Shown piece after piece: positions 1 through 8,237 of a DNA stretch of 64,000 bases (its first letter is position 1; every line of letters begins with the position of its first letter). Position numbers and translations under genes: made by a program. The DNA comes from Flavobacteriaceae bacterium (GTDB taxonomy: Bacteria; Bacteroidota; Bacteroidia; Flavobacteriales; Flavobacteriaceae), in contig JBNKYB010000041.1 in NCBI GenBank assembly GCA_050300615.1, positions 6,814 through 70,813 of the forward strand, given 5' to 3'. The notes below the pieces were generated by a model. That model saw nothing but the letters and a program-made list of their open reading frames with translations. It made no database searches and was not told the origin of the DNA.

Positions 1-310
1 ATTCACGCTTAATTAAACCCTTCCAGTAAACATAACGTCCGGCAGACAAGATGTTCTTAAAGTTTCCTTTTTCGAAAACCAAAACCAACTCATTATCCAT
101 CACCTCAATAACATCAAGCATCTCTGCTAACGTTTTGTCTTGTAGTAAGAGTTCTAAGGCTATTGGAGAAGCAAAGGCAGTTTCTAGGCTATAAACCAAC
201 ACATGTTGATTAAAACCTAACCAATGTTTCCCTTCGGTAATCACTTTAAAATAGTTACCACTTTTGAAAACCAAACCTACTTTTCCTGCATTAATTCTTA
301 CTCGTTTCAT
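1..310 (-). CDS. SPFH/band-7 (slipin-like) protein, N-terminal part; the 3' end lies outside the window
   Basis: Own translation of the minus strand from ATG (308-310): MKRVRINAGKVGLVFKSGNYFKVITEGKHWLGF...RYVYWKGLIKRE. Open to the window edge. Resembles N-termini of flavobacterial slipin/SPFH proteins. Absent from the ORF track because it is truncated. Confidence 0.5.
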   Translation of the reverse strand, partial: MKRVRINAGKVGLVFKSGNYFKVITEGKHWLGFNQHVLVYSLETAFASPIALELLLQDKTLAEMLDVIEVMDNELVLVFEKGNFKNILSAGRYVYWKGLIKRE

Positions 311-778
311 TGTTTTTATTTGTGTCCTTATTTATTTTTAAGAACGTTAAACATTAATTTTTGCCAATTAAGGCGAGGTATAACCTGTAACGGAAGGGTT
401 GCCAACTTCAATTTATAATGACGAGTTCATTAGTTCATGAAGTGTATTTTAAAATTATTTTTATTTTGAAAACAGCAGATTATAAATCATCTTTATAGTA
501 CGGAAATACTCATATTAAAAGCTTCTATAAATAGTGTTTAGTAGTTGAAGAAAAACCTTTATATGCTATAAATAAGCATGTTGAAATTAATCCTAAAAAC
601 AAAACAGTAGTTATGTCTAACTATTAAAAATCAGTATTTCAAAGTACTTTCCAGATTGCTTAATTTTATTAATTCCGCAAAGGCGAAAATCTAATTAAGC
701 CGATTTATAATCCACTATTTTTGCCATTTTTTTGGAGCAGTGTGACAAACTGCAGCTATCAGTTTAACAAGATGATAA

Positions 779-848
779 GCTTTTGGGATCTCCTAAATCC
801 ATTTTCTACAGTAACAGTGTAGCACTCTACCAGTTGAGTTACAAGGAA
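779..848 (-). pseudogene. degenerate tRNA-Asn(GTT)-like cloverleaf
   Basis: Minus strand: TTCCTTG-TA-ACTC-AACTGGTA-GAGT-G-CTACA-CTGTTAC-TGTAG-AAAAT-GGAT-TTAGGAG-ATCC-CAAAAGC. D and anticodon arms are good (anticodon GTT). The T stem is only 4 bp with a non-canonical loop, and only 4/7 acceptor pairs form. Confidence 0.45.
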
Positions 849-854
849 ATGAAA

Positions 855-954
855 CCTTGGCAGGGCTCGAACCTGCAACAATAATCTGTTGTTCTAACCA
901 GACTGAACTATCTCAAACGAGTTGAGAGTGGGAATCGAACCCACGACCTACAGA
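855..954 (-). other. mosaic of tRNA halves: 3' half of a tRNA (954-921), 3-nt linker, matching 5' half (917-885), then an orphan canonical T-arm plus 3' acceptor strand (876-855)
   Basis: Minus strand: TCTGT-AGGTC-GTGGG-TTCGATT-CCCAC-TCTCAAC tcg TTTGAGA-TA-GTTC-AGTCTGGTTA-GAAC-A-ACAGA ttattgtt GCAGG-TTCGAGC-CCTGC-CAAGG. Upstream TCTCAAC pairs 6/7 with downstream TTTGAGA. TCTGT pairs 5/5 with ACAGA. Confidence 0.4.
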
Positions 955-1082
955 GTCGCGACTATTTTTTGGTTAACAGTCAAAACCTTCAAGTCTAGTT
1001 GAACATAAAAGCATCATGCATTGCTGCAACGTTTTATACAATAGTGCTATACCGAAACACCCAACAAGACCAGCTTGATTTT

Positions 1083-1610
1083 TTATTTCCCCTTTCTTTT
1101 TTTATTAGACTTTTTTCTTTTCTTTCTAGGTTCTATTTTATTTTTTACTCTAGATATTTCTTTTTTCACATAATCAATGAAACCGTTGTTTGTTGCTATC
1201 TTATTGGCCGTTTTAAATGTTTTAATGGCAGCTTTAAATTTGCCTTGTTTTTCAAGTAAAACGCCTTGCAATAGTTTTAATAATGCTTTGTCTGTACCTT
1301 TAATTGTAAACGCAAATTTTATTAGGTTGTCTGCTTCATTATAGTCTTCATTCCACAAAAGGGTTTGAATATAATAGGGATATGTTTTTGGCATTTCCAT
1401 ACTTTGTGCTATGGCTTCAGCAAAATAGTGTTTAGCTGTTTCGTAATCTTTTAATTGTTCGGCATAAACACGTCCCATTAGGCATAGTACTTCGGCATCT
1501 TTATCGTTATATGATAAGGCATAGTTTAATGCTTCTAAAGTTTCCTCTAGTTCATAGGGATATGCATCTAGAGCTTTAAATAAATAATTGTTATGTAAAT
1601 TTGTTTCCAT
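1083..1610 (-). CDS. TPR-like repeat protein with a highly basic C-terminal tail (hypothetical)
   Basis: 175-aa ORF with ATG start. Helical-repeat-like composition (YAEQLKDYETAKHYFAEAI...). The tail is PRKKRKKSNKKRKGK. No specific family recognised. Confidence 0.55.
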   Translation of the reverse strand: METNLHNNYLFKALDAYPYELEETLEALNYALSYNDKDAEVLCLMGRVYAEQLKDYETAKHYFAEAIAQSMEMPKTYPYYIQTLLWNEDYNEADNLIKFAFTIKGTDKALLKLLQGVLLEKQGKFKAAIKTFKTANKIATNNGFIDYVKKEISRVKNKIEPRKKRKKSNKKRKGK

Positions 1611-1706
1611 TTTGTTTTATTCAATAAATTGTTACAGTTTTTAAGGCACACGTTTTGTGAACTCTAGAAACCGAATCAGATTGATGTATTCTTAAATTTT
1701 TGGGAA

Positions 1707-1746
1707 TAAAAAATCCGAAACAGTTTGTTTGCTTCGGATTTTTTTC
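1707..1746. terminator. bidirectional intrinsic terminator hairpin
   Basis: AAAAAATCCGAA-acagtttgtttgc-TTCGGATTTTTTT: a 9-bp stem flanked by an A-run and a T-run, so it can terminate in either direction. Confidence 0.6.
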
Positions 1747-2132
1747 TGGAAAGTTATTTACAGAAAGTACCGAAGCCTTATGAATGACCCAAGGTCATTA
1801 CATAATATTTGAAATGTTATCATGTGTTTTAACATGGCTTCTTGTTTTTATGCATCCTGAATTTTTTCAGGAATGTTATTATTTATTATTGCAGTGTTTG
1901 TTTAAAACCGCGGTGCAAAGATGAAAACTATTTTTAAAAAAACAAATAAAATTTTAATTTAATTTATTGAAAATCAATTATTTATGTTTATTTTGAAGCA
2001 AAGAAATTCCTGTCCGTTTTTCAACAGATAGTTGAGTTTTTGTGCAAATGTTTGTCTACCAGTTGCTTACTCTTCAATGGTCAATATTTTAATATTTAAA
2101 ATGTATTATCAATATTTTTAATTTTTTTTCAT

Positions 2133-2162
2133 AAAAAAAGCGCCCAATTTTTTGGACGCTTT
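2133..2162 (-). terminator. intrinsic terminator downstream of the TerB-like gene
   Basis: Minus strand AAGCGTCC-aaaaaatt-GGGCGCTT followed by TTTTTTT. Confidence 0.6.
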
Positions 2163-2320
2163 TAACTATTATAGATATTTAGTTTAAATCATACTAAAAA
2201 ATGATTACAAATAGTTATAAAACGCCCTGTATGGAAATGATTTGTCATCTTAATTCCACGATAATCACACTGGCTAAACAGTGGGCTAGGAGCTTTATGT
2301 ATTATTGTTCTTCTCATTAA

Positions 2321-2752
2321 TTATTGATTCATATGTTTTATTTCGTAGATAAACGTTTCAAGGGTTGCGCCACTAGCGACAACTGTTAACGCCTTATCGA
2401 TAATATATTTAACGTTTACGGCATGAAAACCAAGACCAACACCAATTTTATTTAAAAGTTTAAGTTCGGCTTCGCCATGTATTTGGTCCACATGTACCAT
2501 ACGTGTTAAATCATATAAACGTTCTAAACGGTGGTCGTATGACACTGGCGGATTAATAGGATGCGATTGGTAATCTTTTAAAATGGTTTTATACTCAACC
2601 TCATCAATATCTAAATTTCGAGCTAATCTGTCTAAAAAAGACTTTTCATCTGAAGTAATAATACCATCAGCCATTGCAACCCGAACAATAGCAGCAAAGT
2701 GGTCTTCATTTCGTTTTTTAAATCCGCTATCAAATAAATCTGAAATTGACAT
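2321..2752 (-). CDS. TerB-family (tellurite-resistance TerB-like) protein
   Basis: 143 aa. AIVRVAMADGIITSDEKSFLDRLARNL and a second EAELKLLNKIG repeat are typical of TerB-like paired helical modules. Confidence 0.65.
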   Translation of the reverse strand: MSISDLFDSGFKKRNEDHFAAIVRVAMADGIITSDEKSFLDRLARNLDIDEVEYKTILKDYQSHPINPPVSYDHRLERLYDLTRMVHVDQIHGEAELKLLNKIGVGLGFHAVNVKYIIDKALTVVASGATLETFIYEIKHMNQ

Positions 2753-3032
2753 GTGTTTTTTTATTTTAAGTGCTGCAAACCTACATATTTTTTTAGTTTT
2801 TTTAATAAAAAATAGTTTCAGAAATCATATTTTTTATTCAAATACCAAGTATAAATACGTTGTTTTTAGATAAGTTCTGGCTATTCTAGCTGTAACAATG
2901 CAACATTTAAATGATAAATATATGCTTTATTAAAAATAATAAATCTAAATTCATTTTTAGTAATTCTTAAACTATATTTGCGTCTTTGTTGCTACAAATA
3001 GCATTAATACGAATCTCAAGAAAGGTAATTAG

Positions 3033-6000
3033 TTGAGTAAAGCAGCTTTGTTACAAACGTATGAACAGGTTTTGCAAACGCAAAATCTTGAGAATGCTAT
3101 TGCCAAAACGCAAGGTATTACGCACCTTAAAGGGCTGGTTGGTTCTTCGCTTTCTTTTATTATTTCGAGTGTTTTTAAACAATTAGAAAAACCATTTTTA
3201 TTGGTTTTTAATGATAAAGAAGAAGCCGCGTTTTATTTGAATGATCTCGAGCAATTATGTGGTGATAAAGATGTATTTTTTTACCCAGGTAGTTACCGTA
3301 GACCTTATCAAATTGAAGAAACAGATAATGCTAATGTATTATTAAGAGCAGAAGTTTTAAACAGAATAAACTCGCGTAAAAAGCCAGCCATAATCGTTAC
3401 GTATCCTGATGCGCTTTTTGAAAAAGTAGTTACCAGAAAAGAGCTAGAACGAAATACCTTAAAACTAGTTATTGGTGAAAATATTTCGATCGATTTTGTA
3501 AATGAAGTACTTTTTGAATATCAATTTAAACGCGTTGATTTTGTAACCGAACCTGGAGAGTTTTCTGTGCGTGGTGGTATTGTTGATGTGTTTTCTTTTT
3601 CGCACGACGAACCGTATCGTATTGAGTTTTTTGGTGATGAGGTTGATAGTATACGAACGTTTGATGTTGAGACTCAATTATCTCTTGAGCAGATTAAAAA
3701 GATTAGCATTATACCCAATGTTGAGAATAAATTTTTAGATGAACAACGTGAGAGTTTTTTAAAGTACAGTAAACAAAAAACAGTAGTATTTTTCAAGAAT
3801 GCCGATTTGTTTTTTTCAAGAATAGACGATTTTTATTCAAAAGCAGAAGAGACTTTTAAAACATTATCTACAGATATAAAGCACGCGGAGCCTAAGGAGT
3901 TATTTTGTAATTCTACACTTTTTAAAAAACAATTATTAGATTTTAATTTAGTTGAATTTGGAAGTGTTTCTACGCTTGCAAAAAGTGTCATGGCGAGTGA
4001 AACGAAGCAATCTGTTTCAAAGGATGAGATTGCCAAGTTGCAAGCTCCTCGTAATGAAGAAATTAGTTTCAATACGGTTCCACAACCAACCTTCAATAAA
4101 CAATTTAATTTGCTTATTGAAAATTTAAATGCGAATTACGATAAAGGGTTTACTAATTATATTGCTTGTGTAAGTGAACAACAAGCTAAACGATTTCATG
4201 ATATTTTCGATGATTCACACCTAGAAGTAAAACCCTATAAAACTATTGTATTATCCTTACATCAAGGGTTTGTAGATAACGAAAATAAGGTGGTTTGTTA
4301 TACGGATCATCAAATTTTTGAGCGCTATCATAAATTTCAACTTAAAAACGGCTATGCTAAAAAGCAGGCCATTACGTTGAAAGAGCTCACAAATTTAGAT
4401 ATTGGCGATTATGTGACGCATATAGACCATGGTATTGGACGTTTTGGAGGTCTTCAAAAAATAGATGTCGAGGGTAAAAAACAAGAAGCCATTAAGTTGG
4501 TTTATGGAGAGCGAGATGTGTTATATCTCAGCATTCACTCACTCCATAAAATTACCAAGTTTAATGGAAAAGATGGCAAGCCACCAAAAATATATAAACT
4601 TGGAAGTACAGCTTGGAAAACTTTAAAAGCTAAAACAAAAGCGCGCGTAAAGCATGTAGCGTTTAACTTAATTAAGTTGTACGCAAAACGTAAAACCGAA
4701 AAAGGCTATCAGTACAATCCAGATAGTTATATGCAGCACGAATTGGAGGCGTCTTTTATTTACGAAGATACACCAGACCAAAGCACGGCAACAGCCGATA
4801 TTAAAGTCGATATGGAAAGTGAGCGACCTATGGATCGCTTGGTGTGTGGTGACGTTGGTTTTGGTAAAACCGAAGTCGCTATTAGGGCGGCGTTTAAAGC
4901 TGTCGACAATGGTAAACAAGTTGCTGTGTTGGTGCCTACCACGATTTTGGCATATCAGCATTCCAGAACATTTTCAGAACGGTTGAAAGATTTTCCCGTA
5001 ACGGTAGATTATTTAAACCGTTTTAGAACTGCTAAAGAGAAAAGAGAAACCTTAGAAAATCTTGAAAAAGGTAAGGTCGATATCATTATTGGTACGCATC
5101 AGTTGGTTAATAAAAATGTAAAGTTTAAAGATTTAGGACTTCTTATTGTTGATGAAGAACAAAAATTTGGAGTCGCAGTCAAGGAGAAACTTAAAACTTT
5201 AAAAGAGAATGTAGATGTGTTGACATTAACGGCAACGCCTATACCAAGAACTCTGCAGTTTAGTTTAATGGCTGCGCGCGATTTATCAGTTATAACCACA
5301 CCGCCACCAAACAGATATCCTATTGAAAGCCATGTAATTCGTTTTAACGAAGAAACCATTCGAGATGCAATAAGCTACGAGATTGAGCGTGGCGGACAAA
5401 TATTTTTTATTCACAATCGTATTGAAAACATCAAGGAAGTTGCCGGCATGATTCAGCGTTTGGTACCCGATGCCAAAATAGGTATTGGTCATGGGCAGTT
5501 AGATGGTAAAAAGTTAGAACAATTAATGTTAGCCTTTATGGATGGTGCTTTTGATGTATTAGTGAGTACTACCATTATAGAAAGCGGACTCGATGTGCCT
5601 AATGCCAACACTATTTTTATTAATAATGCCAATAATTTTGGATTAAGCGATTTGCACCAAATGCGCGGTCGTGTGGGTAGAAGTAACAAAAAAGCATTTT
5701 GTTATTTTATTACACCCGAATATTCGGCAATGACCGATGATGCCAGAAAACGTATCACTGCGCTGGAACAGTTTACCGAATTAGGTAGTGGTTTTAATAT
5801 CGCCATGAAAGATTTGGAGATTCGAGGTGCAGGCGATTTATTAGGTGGCGAACAAAGTGGATTCATTAATGAAATAGGGTTCGATACGTATCAAAAAATA
5901 TTAAACGAAGCTATTGAAGAATTAAAGGAAAATGAGTTTAAAGATTTATATCAAGACGATTCTATTGAAAAAGAATATGTCAAAGATATTACGATAGATT

Positions 6001-6443
6001 CAGATTTTGAATTGCTATTTCCAGATGATTACATCAATAATATTTCAGAACGTTTAAGCCTGTATTCACAGCTTAACACGATTAAGAATGAAGAAGGTCT
6101 TAAAACTTTTGAGGCACAACTTATAGATCGTTTTGGAGAACTACCAGTTCCTGTGATAGATTTATTAGATAGCGTAAGAATTAAGTGGATTGCCAGTAAA
6201 ATTGGTTTCGAAAAAGTAATCATGAAACACGGAAAACTAGTCGGTTATTTTATTAACGACCAGCAAAGTAGTTTTTATCAAAGTAAAGCGTTCACAAAAG
6301 TGTTACAGTTTGTACAAGCAAATCCTAACAGTTGTAAAATGAAAGAAACGCAAACGCGCAATGGCTTACGGTTATTGTTAACGTTTGAATCGGTTAAATC
6401 AGTACGCCAAGCTTTAACAAAATTACAACCTATTGTGGCTTGA
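3033..6443 (+). CDS. mfd: transcription-repair coupling factor Mfd
   Basis: 1136 aa. RNAP-interaction motif GDYVTHIDHGIGRFGG. SF2 helicase motifs GDVGFGKTEVA, LIVDEEQKFG, TLTATPIPRT, QLHQMRGRVGRS. C-terminal TRCF domain. The ORF starts at TTG (3033); no upstream ATG is in frame. Confidence 0.95.
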   Translation: MSKAALLQTYEQVLQTQNLENAIAKTQGITHLKGLVGSSLSFIISSVFKQLEKPFLLVFNDKEEAAFYLNDLEQLCGDKDVFFYPGSYRRPYQIEETDNANVLLRAEVLNRINSRKKPAIIVTYPDALFEKVVTRKELERNTLKLVIGENISIDFVNEVLFEYQFKRVDFVTEPGEFSVRGGIVDVFSFSHDEPYRIEFFGDEVDSIRTFDVETQLSLEQIKKISIIPNVENKFLDEQRESFLKYSKQKTVVFFKNADLFFSRIDDFYSKAEETFKTLSTDIKHAEPKELFCNSTLFKKQLLDFNLVEFGSVSTLAKSVMASETKQSVSKDEIAKLQAPRNEEISFNTVPQPTFNKQFNLLIENLNANYDKGFTNYIACVSEQQAKRFHDIFDDSHLEVKPYKTIVLSLHQGFVDNENKVVCYTDHQIFERYHKFQLKNGYAKKQAITLKELTNLDIGDYVTHIDHGIGRFGGLQKIDVEGKKQEAIKLVYGERDVLYLSIHSLHKITKFNGKDGKPPKIYKLGSTAWKTLKAKTKARVKHVAFNLIKLYAKRKTEKGYQYNPDSYMQHELEASFIYEDTPDQSTATADIKVDMESERPMDRLVCGDVGFGKTEVAIRAAFKAVDNGKQVAVLVPTTILAYQHSRTFSERLKDFPVTVDYLNRFRTAKEKRETLENLEKGKVDIIIGTHQLVNKNVKFKDLGLLIVDEEQKFGVAVKEKLKTLKENVDVLTLTATPIPRTLQFSLMAARDLSVITTPPPNRYPIESHVIRFNEETIRDAISYEIERGGQIFFIHNRIENIKEVAGMIQRLVPDAKIGIGHGQLDGKKLEQLMLAFMDGAFDVLVSTTIIESGLDVPNANTIFINNANNFGLSDLHQMRGRVGRSNKKAFCYFITPEYSAMTDDARKRITALEQFTELGSGFNIAMKDLEIRGAGDLLGGEQSGFINEIGFDTYQKILNEAIEELKENEFKDLYQDDSIEKEYVKDITIDSDFELLFPDDYINNISERLSLYSQLNTIKNEEGLKTFEAQLIDRFGELPVPVIDLLDSVRIKWIASKIGFEKVIMKHGKLVGYFINDQQSSFYQSKAFTKVLQFVQANPNSCKMKETQTRNGLRLLLTFESVKSVRQALTKLQPIVA
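3986..4058. repeat. palindromic repeat-family copy lying in frame inside mfd (encodes about VMASETKQSVSKDEIAKLQAPRNEE)
   Basis: GTCATGGCGAG...CGAAGCAATCTgtttcaaaggatGAGATTGC...CTCCTCGTAATGA. Ends match the reverse complement of the 36.7-37.7 kb repeats (GTCATTGCGAG / TTCCTTCGTAATGACG). AAGCAATCT and GAGATTGC are identical to the repeat core. Outer stem pairs 9/10 and inner stem 7/7. Confidence 0.5.
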
Positions 6444-6473
6444 TTATTGCCGATATTTAAATAAATTTATATC

Positions 6474-7796
6474 ATGTTAAAACAAATTATAGTTTCAGTT
6501 TTATTATTACCTAGTGTGTTTTTTGGACAACATACCATTAAAGGAACATTTGTAAATGCAGATGATTATAAACATGCATTATTATACAAAATACTGCCTG
6601 TTTCAACTGAATATATTACAAGTTCTGAGGTAAAAAAAGATGGAAGTTTTGAGTTGCAACTTGATGCTAATGTTACGCCAGGTATGTATAAAATTGTGTA
6701 TGCCATTCCTAAAGACGAATACAGTTTTGATGTTATTTATAATGGTAAAGAAGATATTGAATTGACTTTCGATTCAGAAAAAGGAATAAGCTATCAACAA
6801 TCTGTAGAAAATAAATTAATGACAAGCTATTCAAGTAGTATGACTAAGATTAGTCAAAGTATAGGCAATTTTTACAGACAACAAAGTACGGATACCTCAG
6901 CTTTAATGGCTATTTTTAAAACTCAACGAGAGACTCAGAAAAGTTTTGAAGACGCTGCAAAAGGAACTATAGCACTTGAGTTTATAAAGGCTAATAGACC
7001 CTATATTCCAAATCAGTTTGAAGATATAAAAACGTATATAGGTAATTTAGAAGCTCATTTTTTTGACAACGTAGATTTTAATAATAAAACACTTCAAAGT
7101 TCGAGTTTTTTGTCGGATCGTATGTATAATTATGTACTTGGAATGACGGCTAGTGGAGACAATATATTGGACTCTTATAAAAAGAATATAGATACATTTT
7201 ATCTAGCCATGAAAGATGCTCCATTAACCATTAAAAGTAGCTTATTATTGCAGTTGTGGGAAAAAATGCTAGACATGGAGCAAGAAAGTGTTGCAAACTA
7301 TATTTCTGACACCTATTTAATAGATATTGCAAAATCATTGAATGATCAAGTTCTTGTCAATGGTTTGTTACAATTAAAAAAAACCTCATTACATAGTAAA
7401 GCACCAGATTTTAGTTTAGATGGTACAGATAATGGAAAAAAGCTAAGTAGCTTAAACGGATCAGAGTACTATGTTGTTGTCTTTTGGAGTAGCGAATGCT
7501 CACATTGCTTACATGAGATTCCAATCCTTGAGTCGTATATAGAAACCTTACCAAAAGGGCATATACAAGTGGTAGCTGTTGGTTTAGAAGACGATGATAA
7601 AAATTGGTCTAAAAAAATCAAGGACTTTCCAGACTTTATTCATGTGTTAGGTTTAGGTAAATGGGACAACAAAATAGGAGATGATTATAACGTAACTGCA
7701 ACGCCAACTTATTTTGTTTTAGATAAAGACAAACGTATTATTGCTAAACCCAATACAGTTGAAGATTTAAAATCATTTTTTGATAAGCACCCTTAA
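6474..7796 (+). CDS. TlpA-like thioredoxin-fold thiol:disulfide oxidoreductase (secreted)
   Basis: 440 aa with an N-terminal signal-like segment. The C-terminal AhpC/TSA-thioredoxin module has the CxxC motif WSSECSHC and the ATPTYFVLD signature. Confidence 0.8.
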   Translation: MLKQIIVSVLLLPSVFFGQHTIKGTFVNADDYKHALLYKILPVSTEYITSSEVKKDGSFELQLDANVTPGMYKIVYAIPKDEYSFDVIYNGKEDIELTFDSEKGISYQQSVENKLMTSYSSSMTKISQSIGNFYRQQSTDTSALMAIFKTQRETQKSFEDAAKGTIALEFIKANRPYIPNQFEDIKTYIGNLEAHFFDNVDFNNKTLQSSSFLSDRMYNYVLGMTASGDNILDSYKKNIDTFYLAMKDAPLTIKSSLLLQLWEKMLDMEQESVANYISDTYLIDIAKSLNDQVLVNGLLQLKKTSLHSKAPDFSLDGTDNGKKLSSLNGSEYYVVVFWSSECSHCLHEIPILESYIETLPKGHIQVVAVGLEDDDKNWSKKIKDFPDFIHVLGLGKWDNKIGDDYNVTATPTYFVLDKDKRIIAKPNTVEDLKSFFDKHP

Positions 7797-8152
7797 AAGT
7801 GATAAAACGCATTTTCTAAATGCTCAATTTTAAATTGTTTTCCTTGTTTAACAATCCCAATTATATCGAAACGTACTTCAATATCTAATTCGTTAACGGT
7901 AACATATTCATTAACTGCTTTTACCTAACGTTGAATTTGTTTGGGTTTAACAAAATCCTGCGGATTTCCAAAATCGGAAGTTGAGCGCGCTTTTACTTCA
8001 ATTATGGCGAGAATATCTTCTTTTTGAGCGATGATATCTACTTCAGCCTTATCAAAACGGTAATTACGTTCCATAATATCATAGCCTTTTTCAATAAGAA
8101 AATTAACAGCTAGTTGCTCGCCTTTTTTACCAAGTTCGTTGTGTTGTGCCAT
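7793..8152 (-). pseudogene. yraN: YraN-family (UPF0102) endonuclease interrupted by one in-frame TAG at codon 76
   Basis: The track ORF ends ...KPKQIQR at TAG (7925-7927). The same frame continues VKAVNEYVTVNELDIEVRFDIIGIVKQGKQFKIEHLENAFYHF to TAA (7793-7795). Together these give a typical 119-aa YraN. Confidence 0.7.
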
Positions 8153-8237
8153 AATTTTTTCTCAAAAAATCTTTTTATTGAAAACTAATTTAGCGTTATT
8201 TTAATAAAAACTCGTATACATGTTTATAGCTTAAACA

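Noticed and set aside
855-1075. tmRNA (ssrA), or a tRNA with an intron, because a T-arm plus acceptor (GTGGGTTCGATTCCCAC-TCTCAAC) can pair with GTTGGGT about 145 nt upstream
   Set aside because: The span is far too short for tmRNA. There is no resume codon or tag ORF and no pseudoknot-like content. It is too short for a group I intron. The pairing with the immediately downstream 5' half is better.
224-1259. Plus-strand ORFs 224..418 and 999..1259
   Set aside because: The first overlaps the SPFH gene start and its upstream region. The second overlaps the tRNA-like debris and the 3' end of the TPR gene. Both have junk-like composition (Phe/Ile/Leu-rich from AT-rich DNA).
1750-1910. 6S RNA (6S-Flavo type) as the identity of the orphan transcript
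   Set aside because: The predicted 5' and 3' ends do not form the long closing helix expected for 6S RNA. It is kept only as an unclassified sRNA candidate.
3465-6223. Multiple 60-97-aa minus-strand ORFs inside mfd (3465..3677, 3833..4096, 4668..4961, 5099..5359, 5286..5492, 5489..5689, 6029..6223)
   Set aside because: All are antisense to a gene with unambiguous helicase motifs. No independent signals were seen.
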